A stretch of DNA of 64,000 bases, taken from positions 6,692,587-6,756,586 of the forward strand of contig CM120648.1 in NCBI GenBank assembly GCA_051362555.1, given 5' to 3'. Shown in pieces: positions 11,649 through 24,128 of this stretch. The stretch comes from Lingula anatina (Eukaryota; Animalia; Brachiopoda). The position numbers and the translations under genes were made by a program. The first letter of the stretch is position 1. Every line of letters begins with the position of its first letter. Below the pieces are notes generated by a model, which did not search any database, was not told the DNA's origin, and saw nothing but the letters and a program-made list of their open reading frames with translations.

Positions 11649-14314
11649 CTATTTGGCAGGTGTGCTCGTAGAAAATAATGCTAGAAGTCCTCCAGCCGCC
11701 AAAACTGAAACTATATAATTGCTGAAAAGCACAGTCAAGGCATAAATATTTCTGAAAGATTGATGCTAAAATACATTTGTTAAACATCTAAAATTTCCCC
11801 ATCCTCTCTACTCAAGAAGAAAAATAAATCAAGTTTATCATGCCTATCATATGTTAGTCCCTTGCAAATCTTTTCAGCGATACAAATTACGTCTGCCTCT
11901 CCCCCCTCAATAAAGGGAGTTACATGTCTTATATAGTATTAAATTTAACAAAATAAAAGTATTTTGATGTAATAAAAGGATACACGGTGGGATTGAAGGT
12001 CCTCAGCAGATAGAAGGAGGCCAGAATGATTAACACCAGGTACAGGGAGTTGTTGTAGAAGATGGAGAAAGTTGTGGCCTCGTAGTCGGCGACCTCGTTC
12101 TTCTTCCACAGGATTCTGAAATAAGAGGAGTGCATGAACATGGAGAGCTTTTTTTAAATGAAGGTTACATACAACAAAGAATTTGTGTGTTGCTAAGGGG
12201 TCTTTAAACTAAAATGTGGTGTTAAGTAGACACATGCACATTTTTCAGAAATAAGATGAAAAAGGAGCATGTGGTCATCATTTTTTTTTAGTACAGACTC
12301 CTATATATCTAATGCCACAACAGACAATTGCACAATTATTTCTTAATAAGCTGATATGAAATCTGAAATAGCTCACCTCTCATCCTTCTCCTTCTTGGAC
12401 ATTTTCTTGTCATCAGCAACTTTCTTCATGACCTCGCGGGTGACGGCATCTTCCCTCTTTTGGGCAATTCTGAAAACAGATAAATGGCACTTTTATAATT
12501 TCCATTATCCATTAACATCTAATGTCACACAAAAAGCATCTGATCATGAAAATGTTGATGCTGTACAGTTAATAAAGAAACAGTCCAATTAAAAAAAAAA
12601 GAGTACACTAAAAATTAGTTCAAACATCTACTTTTCTTTTGGATTGAAATGGAAGATTCAGCTTTTATAAAACCTTCAGTCAATTTTTTCAGCTGAAGAC
12701 AAACAAGCTCATTTCAAATGCAGTTTTGTAAATTTGTAAAATTTGTGCTCACTCAGTTGAAATTTCTCAAGATGAAGTTTTTTTGCAAGGAATTTCACTG
12801 AATTAAAATTGGATCAGCCCCACCTCCACCCCCCACCCCCCAAAAGAGTAAATAAATATATATGTAAAAATTAAAACTATTGACTACTAAGTTTTTAAAA
12901 ATACTATTAATAAATATAATATACTAATAAAACTTACTTGTGTTTCAGGACAAATTTCACATTTTTGTAGGCAAATGCCACCAGCCATGTGCTGATCATG
13001 GTCATGATGACAAACAAAATGGCTGACTGGTACGGGTCCATTTGGTGCACCCTCCAAAATAGCCCTGAAACAGACACCACAGGTTAAAAATTGCAAATAA
13101 TGAGGTTTTTAAATATAATGCTCAACCATTTCATTAAATGCTGTTAACTGCTGTAAGAACAGTCTGCGACATAAGCTGTAGGTCCTATATTTATATTTTA
13201 TGCCAGTTGAACCAGTAGACTTTACAAAATGTCTGAATTTAGTGGTCTAACATAGGTTTTTTTCCATAAGTTTTCAAAAGAGCTGTTAATCTGATTTAGT
13301 TTTTTTCTGAAATATGACTGTTACATTATAATTCTAAATGAAAAATTAAAAAAATCAAGTTTGTTTTTTTTTTACCAGTAAATTAATATCAATTATCCAA
13401 TAAAGGAAAATGTCCAGTCTATTGAAATTTATTAAGACCACTGAATCCCCATTCAGACCAACAGATTTAAGGAAAGTGGTGGTCCAAATGGCCAGTAAGC
13501 TGAAAAGTTGATGGCACAGTGTGTATACATGTGAGAATACCCAGCTTCAGATTAAAGACTACCGACATACTTGTACATATATGAATCATACATATGTCTA
13601 GATGATAAAAGTTGATGATTACGACCAGAACAAAAAATAAGTTAAAAAAATTAATAAATGACTATGGTCAATAATCTGTTTTTCTTTTTAATTGAATTAA
13701 TGGTGGGGTTAGATCACCCAAATAATAACTAGTAGTACAAGAGTAAACAGATGGAATGGGTTTACAAACATTGTCACTTGGTCAAAATAAAATGATTTTA
13801 TGACATTTAATGTTTACATATACGATCTACTCTTGTCTGGAATATAACCCAGAAGGCGACATACAAACAAAACCGATTTATTGAAAATTAAATTTGAAGT
13901 ACGGAGGGGTGGTAATATTGCTGAAAAGCGAACAGACAAGCAGTGGGTGCAAAGTTTTGATTATGAATAAAATAAAATATTCTCGCTATCAATTTACACA
14001 GAATGTAAACTGACCATATATTCTGATTGCAAAAAGACATAAAACAAGAACGGTTAAACTCTATTATCTAATTATTCAAGTGAATTCTCCCGTCCCTGCC
14101 GACGTGGCACACACAAACACGACCATCGTCCATCGGCACACAAACAACGGTCTTTTTCTCTAAAAGTCCGCCGGTACTTACAAAGAGGTATGGCTGAGAC
14201 GATGAAAGCATTTCCGTAGAACAAAGCACTGGATTTTGTGCTCACATTTCTACTGAAATCCTGGAGTAAAAGCTCCTCTTCTTTGGTCAACTTCTGAAGC
14301 TTGCCACCTGCCAT
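11649..14314 (-). CDS. SSR3: Translocon-associated protein subunit gamma (TRAP-gamma), 5 exons: 14314-14182, 13064-12938, 12469-12377, 12115-11984, 11721-11649
   Basis: [98 protein letters not shown] and FNPTVNYIVSV; exon phases are consistent. Confidence 0.96.
11722..11983 (-). other. U12-type GT-AG intron (last intron of SSR3)
   Basis: Minus-strand donor GTATCCTTTT; branch site GCCTTGAC ~12 nt upstream of the terminal CAG. Confidence 0.88.
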
Positions 14315-14319
14315 GTTTG

Positions 14320-14360
14320 CACGCCGGAAAAAGGAAGTACCAGTGTACGCATGCGTAGAT
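14320..14360 (-). promoter_or_regulatory. SSR3 core promoter: TCT/TOP-like pyrimidine initiator and NRF1-like palindrome
   Basis: Minus strand CTTCCTTTTTCCGG lies ~10 nt upstream of the ATG; palindrome TACGCATGCGTA at 14346-14357. Confidence 0.45.
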
Positions 14361-16130
14361 GTGATAAACAAAAATTGTGATTTCTTTCACATCTAACACA
14401 ATGTAATATCGAATATACCAGCTGTTATTTAATGTTTTTAATCTCCCTTAATATAGAAGAAAAAACATTATTTTTTGTGTGTTTTATGGTATGTGCTGCT
14501 ATTATAACGATGTTTTAAAGTTTTTTAGAGTCTTGTGAAAACCAGAAAGTAGTTGGCAACTGACACCTGAATTCAATCACACCGAACCACGATCTCTGTG
14601 CAAGTATTTATCTTTTTTTACAGATTGTGCCCAAAATACCAAAAGAAAAAAATTATCTTACTATGATGTTAGAAAAACTGCTTTTTTCTCTGAGCCCATG
14701 TCTTCACTCCCTTTCACCACCAGCCAATGACCACTTAGGTTCACGTCTTATGTACACATCCTGTCTCCTCCACCCTCTTTGAGATGTTCAAAACCGTTAA
14801 GGATACGTTAATAGCCTACACGCTTTTATGATGCTCGACCAGAGGCCTATCGGACTTTAAATGCCAAATTTCTACGAATGAATCAAATTGCTCCCAAAAA
14901 GTAAGTTTAACCCTACAATTACAGTGTTTTTTATATATTAAGTCATCGAAACACCTTAAATTGTTGGAATAGGGATTATGTTATATCCGTCTAGAAATCA
15001 GATAAAAAGCAATTAAAATATTCTGATTTTTTTCCAAGGACAGCTGAGACAATGACTTTAAATAAAAGCGTAACAAAATCAAATTTTGACTGAAAAAAAG
15101 CAAATGTATAAACGTGCACATAACATGATATCTGGTGATAAATAATACAATTACAAGAATTTAAAGAAAAATAACATGAACAATTTAGGCGGGTGACAGA
15201 AATAAATGATAAATTATTTCAATGACATTCAATGACAAATTATTTCAATGACATATAAAACGTCATTTTATATCGACATCAATAATAAGACAAATATCAA
15301 AGTGAATATTATAAAAAAAAAAGGTCGCCATCCTTGATGATCAGAAACGTTCCGTGATAATGAATTTTTAGAAGTGTATAACATCGTAAAAATGTGTCTC
15401 ATACGAGACCATGTTTCTCTGTATCATGTATCTATTATAATTAAAATGTGTGCTGGTCCAGGCTACATGTATATCTATATTTCCTATTTTATTATTGCCT
15501 CGTGGTTATATCGGTTCTTTTCACAATGAGCGGTATACTTAGCTGGACCGGTTCCATGTTAAAAGATTGACAACTTTCTAACCTTACAATTAAGTAAGAG
15601 AGTCACTTTAAAGGGGCTTCTGCGCGAAACACTGGAGATTAATTAACTTAATTAACTGAAACAAGCAAACTTGCGGAGAAATTGTCGAAGGCAGAAAAAA
15701 AAAACTCGTGAGGGCGTATCAAAGTTGATAGATCCATTTGTGAATATCGCTCAATGTGAACAAGGCCACAGAATTCTTGATCAGTCTTTCTTTGTAGAAT
15801 GCCTCCGTTTTAATCAGTCGGTCTCCGCTCCACCTGTGCCTGTGATTTAATTTATCTCTGTAAGAGTTTTGTAAGAATGGAAATAAAATCACTGTGAAGG
15901 AATTGCTTATATAATAATGCAGTTTGGAACCTCTCTGTGCCATGTTTATAAAATGTTGTCCACCGTACAAGTAATGGGTGGGTACATGTTCTCCAGCGAG
16001 TGCATTTCGTAGCAGAAGTGACAGTCATTTTCATCATTATTTTAATTAATTGGTGTGTAAGTATGGGAGGAGTTGAGTTGTAAAATAGGCGTAGTTTCCC
16101 CAGTAGAAGAGATAGTCATAGATCAACATT

Positions 16131-19100
16131 TTAATTGGTTGGTGAGTATGCGTGAGAAGAGTTAACGTTGTGTCGTAAAATGGGCGTGGTTTCCCCAGCA
16201 GAACTACCATACATATCTGTTGTGTCGCTATCGCTGCTGTTCTCAGTGGTTACGAGTCTATCACTGCCTTCATCCAGTTCGTCTACGTAGGGTGCCGTAA
16301 TATGGTACCTTTTCGTAGAAATGTCTTTCTTGCAGAAGCCAAGTTTGGTGCAGATTCGATCCCGTAATATATCAGTTAGAACACAATAGATGATAAAGTT
16401 TCCAAAGCCTTGCCCGCTGTCCCCTACAGCCTGAAGAATAACAGCAATGCATCATTGCCCGTATGTCATAACTTTTTGGCATTATTGACTATTATACTCT
16501 TTTCACATCGAGTGATATATATTCAGTGTTAGAAATTAAGGCTGGACCGTCTGCCCGGGGCTGACAACTTTCAGAATGGGCTGAGAAGTTTTCCCACCTG
16601 GCAGACATTCAGTCCAGCTACTTTTTAAGATGGCTGGACTTTCGGTCCACCAACTTATTTTCCTAAGAGGCAAACACTGTATATATATTTAAGCACTAAA
16701 ATCTGTTCCGGTCATCTTTGAGAGTCCCTAACATATATTTAAGCTGCAGAGGGTTTTACTCTCTTTCACAAGCTCTTAACAAGTTTGCTGTCTGCTGTTA
16801 AGCAAACTGGGCATGGTCTAGTCACACGTGGGTGCTCTGTTTATATGTGACCCTCTTAACAAGTAATAGACAGGCTATTTAAGGGAAAACAACTGTGCGT
16901 TTCGGCCAAAAGACAGATTTTCGGGGTAAACGACAATTTTCCTGCACTTATCAATTCGGAATCATACAGGTACAAAGTTAGGCGATGGTTTTCCCCCTAA
17001 AAAGTCTGTTTTTTCGTAATCGTTTCTTAAGATATTATTACGGACATATAGCCATCCATGTAGGTCCACGTGGTCTGGTGGCTAGCACCAACTGTTTGGG
17101 TGGTACAATGGAATTTAGTATATTTCTATGAGTTGTCTATAATGTATTAATTGTGAAAAACGAGTATTATCCTTTTTAGTTGTCAATCTCTCAAAGATTT
17201 ATACATGGTATATTGGTAACCAAGTTCTTAACCAAATAAGCTAACTTATTATTTTTATTATTGTTTTTGTGAAACAGGGTCTAGTTCCATCTTTAATCTT
17301 ACAATTCCCAGTTCTATGCTTCCTTGTTAAAAAAGACGAAGCAGGAAAATTTAGTTTTTTCCAGTTCTTTAATTTACATTTATGGTCCGGAAATGATAAT
17401 TTACGTAATTGACAATGGGTGAACTCATTATGTGTTTTATGCTCATTTTCCGACTTTCAAGCCTAAAAGCCTCGATCTGTGGGAAGGGCGTGGTAGAAAA
17501 AAGTTATAAATAAACAAACGTTCAAACTGCATGAATTAAATAATAACTAAGTACATAAACAGACAGATGAAAACAACATTCTGTTCCAGTTTTTGCACTA
17601 AATAAATATATAAATATATAAATAAATAAATAAATAAATAACATAACATAACATAACATAACATAACATAACATAATATAATGTGAATTAATATTTGATC
17701 AGTTCTTATGGTGTCTTCAGAAAAGAGTAATTCTTACCTGGTATACCACCAGCACCTTATTGAAAAATATGTCAAAGGAGGGTCCTGTATCTATTTCGCC
17801 GATCCACACAATGGTGTTGGCTAAATACCTGGAATATAAGAATATAGGCAGGTACGAATATAAAGGGGCAGACGGAAACGCAGACAGAAATAACGGCAGA
17901 CTGATACTTTGCAGGAAACATTGGGGAGGTTGGGAATCCGTTAAATCTTTAACACAATATTACTTTTGCTCTCTCTCTCTCTCTCTCTCTCTCCTGCGTG
18001 TAAATATTCACATATTCCCTTCCCTGTTTATAAATCATTCCCTATATTTTAATATAACAAACCTCAAAGTGCCGCCCAGTCGCAGTAAGAAGAACACAAT
18101 AGGGACCGCCGTCATCACTCGGTCCGTCTTCCTTACTGCGCTCAAAGTTTCCCTATCTATAAACATAGAGCCAGTCTGTTTGATCTAAAAGATAAATAAT
18201 AATAATTATTATTATTATAATGATAAATTAATTAATTTATTTATAGAAGCTTAAAAGTTTCCTATCCGAAAATACGCCGCCAAACTGAATTCAAAAATTG
18301 CAAAAAGTCAAACATGTATAATCATGGTAATATCTGATTAGGCCACACTTTTTTATTTTTATGGATGACATCCTCTGGGGACCCCAAAATCGGTGCGAGC
18401 GGGCGAAAAAAAAAAAAAAAAACAGTCCCCCCCAAAAAAAAACTGCTTAAGAAAAGTTATGTTTTCAGTACACAGCTGGAAACACTAATTTACCACAGAA
18501 ACACGTATCAAACTAACAACATGTCTTTATCCATGCTCTCAAAATATTAAAGCATAGTGAATAGGGCCTACTTCGTAGAAAGGTAAAAAGTCATGAATAT
18601 AGCCTATATATGCTGCATATTACCAGATCTATTTAAGGTTATTTCATGCATTCTGTTGGGTATAGCAATCAATAAAACAAATATCAAATATTAATAAACA
18701 GCGTGTCTTTATTTGTACTCTCAGAAAATTTAAGCATTGTGAACACTTCACAGAATTGTTAAAAAATGAAGCAAAGATAGGCTTATGCTTCCCACTACCA
18801 AATCTAAAAAAGGTAATTTCGGTCGATGCCATTTTGTCTACTTCGACTCACACGTAGCAGCTAACTATTGGGTGGCCTGTCCAACCTTCAGTCCACCAAA
18901 TACCACGACGCTCTTGTCGACCCTTTTTTCGCTACAAAAAAAAAAAAAAAAAAAAAAAAACCTGGTAAGCCTATGTGCTGCTTTGGACAGAATGTCACTG
19001 AAAATTTCCGGGCGATGATCGCTGGCCGCGGCCAGCCTTTCATACAATTGTAAAAAGGTGATATCTCCATGTCCAATATCAATGGCAAACCATTCCAAAA

Positions 19101-20712
19101 CGACGGCCCCCGTTCTCTTTATGACTTTAATTGTCGTGTATTTTGAAATTAATGCTAGAGATGAATTTGACGGCAAAGCGGCCATATTTCCACATGGTGA
19201 TAATACGCATGCGCAGAAAGCTCATTTTCCGCACTCGGAACTACTCGGATGTCTCCGCAGTCGACAATGACAGCATGGAGCTTGCGGAATTAGCCGAGGA
19301 TTGCCGATTGCATTTTCCGGCAAATTCAATAACGACGTTTGCGACAACCGACTTCCTTGGAGGGGGGGGGAGATTTTTTTTTTTTTGGAGAACAGACGAA
19401 AATCGGTGCGCGCGCAGGATGTCATCCATAAAATTAAAAAAGTGTGGCCTTAGTGAAAAAGTGAAACAAAAAAAAAAAAAAAAAATATGCATCAGAAAAT
19501 AATTTAAAAGAATACCATAACAACTACACAATTATAATATAGTCTTTTGAAAATACTTTGACTTAAAATCAGTCCATTTGGAATATCCAAAATTACTATA
19601 TCGGACAGCAACCTTCTTCACTCTACCATGTATTTACCGTTTTCCTAAGCTTAAACTTCATGGAGCAGTATATGAGGGGAAGTACCACCAGCGCTCCAAG
19701 CTCCCAGCCTTTTCCAGCCGAAAGCGTGAAGATGACAACCTCTGCGATAGGTGTCCCTTGACAAATCTTTATCCAGCACCAACCGCCGCTGCTACCATAG
19801 AATGCATTATTAGATGAATTATTTCCAGGAACTTCTTGGTAACCTAGCATTCCTAAGCATTGGGTTACTGTTAGTATAATCACTGAAAAAATAGCAAAAA
19901 GCTTTTGATATTTTTTTCTCGGAAAGATTGCACATATTGCCAAATGAAGACTAAGCAAAAAATAAATTACAAATAACCTTACGTCAGAACAGATAAATAA
20001 CGTGTGACCTTATTGATAACAATTAATTCCTTTCCATGAACAATATGCTTCTCCAAATGTTAAATTCCGGGAGTTGGAGATTTCTGTGACTGCAATTTAT
20101 CCAATGAGAACAGTGAATTTAGTAACTCCATCATACAAGTTCTTATCTATTTTTTTATGTGTATATGAAGTGTTTTAAACATTTGGAAAATGTGTCGCTG
20201 TGCATTTAGAAAAGCAATTAAAATACCGTCGTACTAGTAAACCCACGCCCTTTTCTCTTTTTGTATTCTTTGATAAGTTCTTAATGCTTACATGGAATAC
20301 CCCAAGCAATGACGTGCAAGAACCAATGGTAGCGCTCCGTCCAGCCCGTCCTTTCCGCGTGCAATATCGTCTCGCGCACCTGCCACGCGATAATCATCGT
20401 CCAGAAGAAAGATGACAAGCTTCCCAGAGTGGTTATAAAACTATGTGCCTGACAGAAAGGTGTCGGATTTTCACATTGCGATTCGGCAGATGAGTTCGTA
20501 TCGTTATAGTGGCTTAAACTCCAAAATGCACCTGATGCATTTCCTAGAGCTTCCAAACAGTCCGCCAATGCCAGGTATAATAATAAGCGTCTGCTGGACG
20601 AACGAATGCCTTTGAAAAACAACCATGTTCCGAATATCAAAACACAGCCACACCAGGACAAGAAGCAGCTGGCGAGTGTAAGGGAAAAAACGGCTACGGA
20701 AATACCGTCCAT
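16131..20712 (-). CDS. GPR157-like / cAMP-receptor-family 7TM GPCR, copy A; exons 20712-20292, 19882-19638, 18184-18063, 17828-17738, 16430-16131
   Basis: Seven hydrophobic helices. Motifs RRLLLYLALAD (TM2), CQAHSFI..SSFFWT (TM3), HVIAWGIP (TM4), GWCWIK (ECL2), GKGWE (TM5), VPIVFFLLR (TM6) and GDSGQGFGNFIIYC (TM7) match the GPR157/Dictyostelium cAR/GCR1 family pattern. ORF is intact after splicing. Confidence 0.88.
16524..16679. mobile_element. Small hAT-like MITE in the last intron of copy A
   Basis: CAGTGTT...AACACTG ends, near-perfect 8-bp TSD (TATATATT/TATATATA), absent at the paralogous site in copy B (~23410). Confidence 0.65.
18341..19449. mobile_element. PIF/Harbinger-like non-autonomous DNA transposon in copy A intron 2
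   Basis: 34-bp TIR GGCCACACTTTTTTA.TTTTATGGATGACATCCT, 3-bp TTA TSD, and an empty site in copy B (ggtaatatcagTTAgtcacaaaagt, ~25327-25351). Confidence 0.88.
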
Positions 20713-21308
20713 GTTGGTGTTGTTAACACTGCAAAACTGTTTACATGCTTAGATGTATCGTTTATCTGATTGATCTGTGTTTACATGATAATTCGTATCA
20801 TCTGAAAGTATAGACAACACTTTTGAAAGTAATCCCCACAGTCTCTTCAATCAACAGTTATACGTCATGTAGAAGGATGATAATACTACCAATAAAATTT
20901 TACCCCCCTCCCCCGTAGTCTCAGAAAATTTCGTTCAGTTCACCCGCCAATACGTGTCGTTGGAGTAGCTCTGTCGCAACAAGAAATATTTAGTAGACTA
21001 CGGTGCATGTTACCCATGGCAAAGTTGTTTTCCTGATTCATGAACAGAAAAACAATAGAGAAACAAATAAACGATGACTAATACAAAAAAAAATGAAGAA
21101 GAAGGAAAAAAAGAACTGTTAGAACGAAAGAAACAATTATCATATTAGCTATATATAAAAGAGATATGCTATTGACGCATTTGAACATGAACATGCAGTA
21201 TATACGTACATGAACCCCTGTACAACAGGATGACAGGGACTCAGCGTTGACCTCCATTTTCCTAGTGCAGACGGACTCACGCATACACTGGCCTCTGTCT
21301 CTCTCCTT

Positions 21309-21349
<41 letters not shown>

Positions 21350-22397
21350 CCCTATTTCTAGCACATCCGCCCACAAACACGCATGGCCACCCTCACGTAC
21401 ACATAACACTCCTCGTTTAAATAAACACAAAAAACCTCTTTGCACAGCATATTTAAATATGCACGACATTGGCATGTAAACCTACACGCGAAACGTCACC
21501 AAATGTGATGGAATAGTTACATTTACCACGTTACCCTATTCCCGTCTGCATACCTTTTCTCTCTGTTGTCATTTAAAATCTAGGCTATCTTAGATACGTA
21601 TTGTCAGCATATTATATGAACACTTTGCAAATATAGCCTACATTGAACTGACAGTTATCGCAACACACGCTATCATCTGTCAACCGGGTTACATGACCTT
21701 AAATAATTTGATCTTTGTAACGTTTGTGTCCCCAGTAAAGGGGTTGATTCGACCCAGGCGCGGATCCAGGATAATTTGAAGGGGGGGGGGGGGGGGGGGG
21801 GTCCGCAGATGCGAAGCCGACCCTTTCTCCAAAACAATTTTCCAGATTATTTTCCAAATTTTGTTTTGGGACGCATGGAATTTTACACATGTCTGTTCCG
21901 TGCATGATTTTTATTTTTATTTTCGTTTTGGTTTTCTCCACAAAAGCAGCCCGTGTAACACAACGGATCCTTATCAAGTTATTTCGTTCTACGTAGATTA
22001 AAACCTTGAGAATAATCAACCTGTATAAAATGCGTCTTATGATTTTGGTAAAAGATAACCAGACTCATTTGCTTTATTTTGTCGATTGTCAATCCTTTTT
22101 ATAACAATAACAACAACAACATTAATAATAATAATGTTTATTAAGCACTTATTGTGTACATAGCTTGACAATTGCTTCCTTGCTAATCTATGAAAAGTAG
22201 TACATGTATATATACATTTTTATAATAAGTATAATAACGACAATAATAATCATAGACTAAGAGCAATATCAAAAGTTGTATAACTTGACCTGAAGGTTGA
22301 TAAGGTACTATTAAACGTGATATAGATGGGGAAGTGACATTAAACCAAATCATCTCGTACAATCGACATGTTTTGCATATATGATTTGCCACTGAAA

Positions 22398-22452
<55 letters not shown>

Positions 22453-22846
22453 TTCTCGTTTGTGATATTGGGCAATTCGAAACCAATTACACTTGTGTCG
22501 AAATTCATTTTCATCCCCAGTACCTTCAAACTTGAATACGTCTTTGACATCAGACATAAAATGCCCGAACTGGGGTTAGGGTAGTTATAGGTGCTGTCGG
22601 CCCAGTTACTTTAAAGACACTTCGAACTGGTACCTGATTTGCAGAAACCATGTCAACGTTAAAGTTAAAGTTGGTTTCCAAAGCCGCCATCTTCACTTTT
22701 TGACAAACAAGTGCTTACGGGCATTTATACCAAACCAATCACTGGAATGATTCAACTTGTCTTTAAGACGTATCCGCAGGGGCGGATCCAGAATTAATTG
22801 AAGTTGGGGGTCCAATTTTTATGAACGAGAGGCCGCGAATGGGGGT

Positions 22847-23120
22847 GGTTTTCTCAGCAGAATGTCAGTCATTTTCATCATTACTTTAATTGGTTGGTAT
22901 TAAGTAAAAGGCACGTCGTTTCGTAAAATGGGCGTAGTTTTCTCAGCAGAAGTGACAGTCATTTTCATCATCATTTCAATTGGTTGGTGAGAGGAGCTGT
23001 ATCGTTATATGGGTGTAGTTTTCCCAGTAGAAGTCACAGTCATTTCAATCATTATTCTAATTGGTTGGTGTGTAAGTATGGGAGGACTTGTCTCGTAAAA
23101 TGGGTGTGGTTTCTCCAGCA
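22847..23120 (-). repeat. Degenerate ~85-90 bp tandem repeat (3-4 units) overlapping the stop codon and 3' UTR of copy B; related units at ~16005-16200 in copy A
   Basis: Recurring unit gtagttttc.cagcagaagt.acagtcattttcatcat...aattggttggtg...cgtaaaatggg. Confidence 0.75.
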
Positions 23121-24095
23121 GCACTACTATACATATCCGTTGAGTCGCTATCGCTGCTGTTCTCGGTGGTTGTGGGTCTATCACTGCCGTCATCCAGTTC
23201 GTCTACGTAGGGTGCCGTAATATGGTACCTTTTCGTAGACATGTCTTTCTTGCAGAAGCCAAGTTTGGTGCAGATTCGTTCCCGTAATATATCAGTTAGA
23301 ACACAATAGATGATAAAGTTGCCAAAGCCTTGCCCGCTGTCCCCTACAGCCTGAAAAAAAAAAACATTAGTGCATCATTGACTATTAAGTTCTTTTCATA
23401 CCGAGTGATATACATTTCAATACTAAAATCTGTTCTGGTCGACTTTGTGAGTACCAAACATATATTTAAGCCACAGAAGGGTTTACCCTCTTTCAGAAAC
23501 TCTTTACATGCCTGCTGGTTAGCAAACAGGACATGGTCCAGTCAAACGCGGCTGCTCCCTTTATGTGACTCCCTTACCAGCTAATAGTCAGGCGATTCAT
23601 ACCCTCTACCAGGGCTGCAATTATTATTGTGGACATTTTTGTGAGGCGATCAGACCAAAATGACTGTCTATTTATCTAGAGACATATCTATGAATATCTG
23701 TTAAAAGTCAATCTGTCACCCTGGTAGAGGGTAGGCTGTTCGTTTCGGTCAAAAACGGATTTTCCTGGGGTAAATCACAATGTTCCCGCACTTATCAAGG
23801 GTTAATGAATAGATTTTGACATACAAAACGAGGCGATGTTTTTTTTAAGTCTGGTTTTTCGTATTCGTTTCTTTTAAGATATTATTACGGGATGTAGCCA
23901 TCCATGAAGGTCCACGTGGTCTGGCGGCAGGCACAGATTCCAGAATAATTGCCATAAGTGCTGCTTCGGTGGTACAATAGAATTTGTAATATTTTTATGA
24001 GTGGTTTACAATATCTGCACGTCCACGATACTGGGTAACAACATTTATGAGAGCTTTCTTTCCCACAAGGTACAGCTGCAAAACAGACTCATTAT

Positions 24096-24128
<33 letters not shown>

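Noticed and set aside
18030-18184. Apparent premature stop in GPCR copy A (and B) after TM6 (..GTLRFVILKYRE*), suggesting pseudogenes
   Set aside because: A GT-AG intron at TTGAG|gt rejoins in frame to YLANTIVWIG..FNKVLVVYQ in both copies.
21755-22812. CAGG(C/G)GCGGATCCAG-G-rich motifs (21756, 22777; reverse end ~59767) and a short hairpin at 59807-59838
   Set aside because: They are probably MITE end fragments, but paired termini and TSDs could not be established.
22847-23120. CRISPR-like repeat-spacer pattern
   Set aside because: The units are degenerate tandem copies with no unique spacers or cas genes, in a eukaryotic context.
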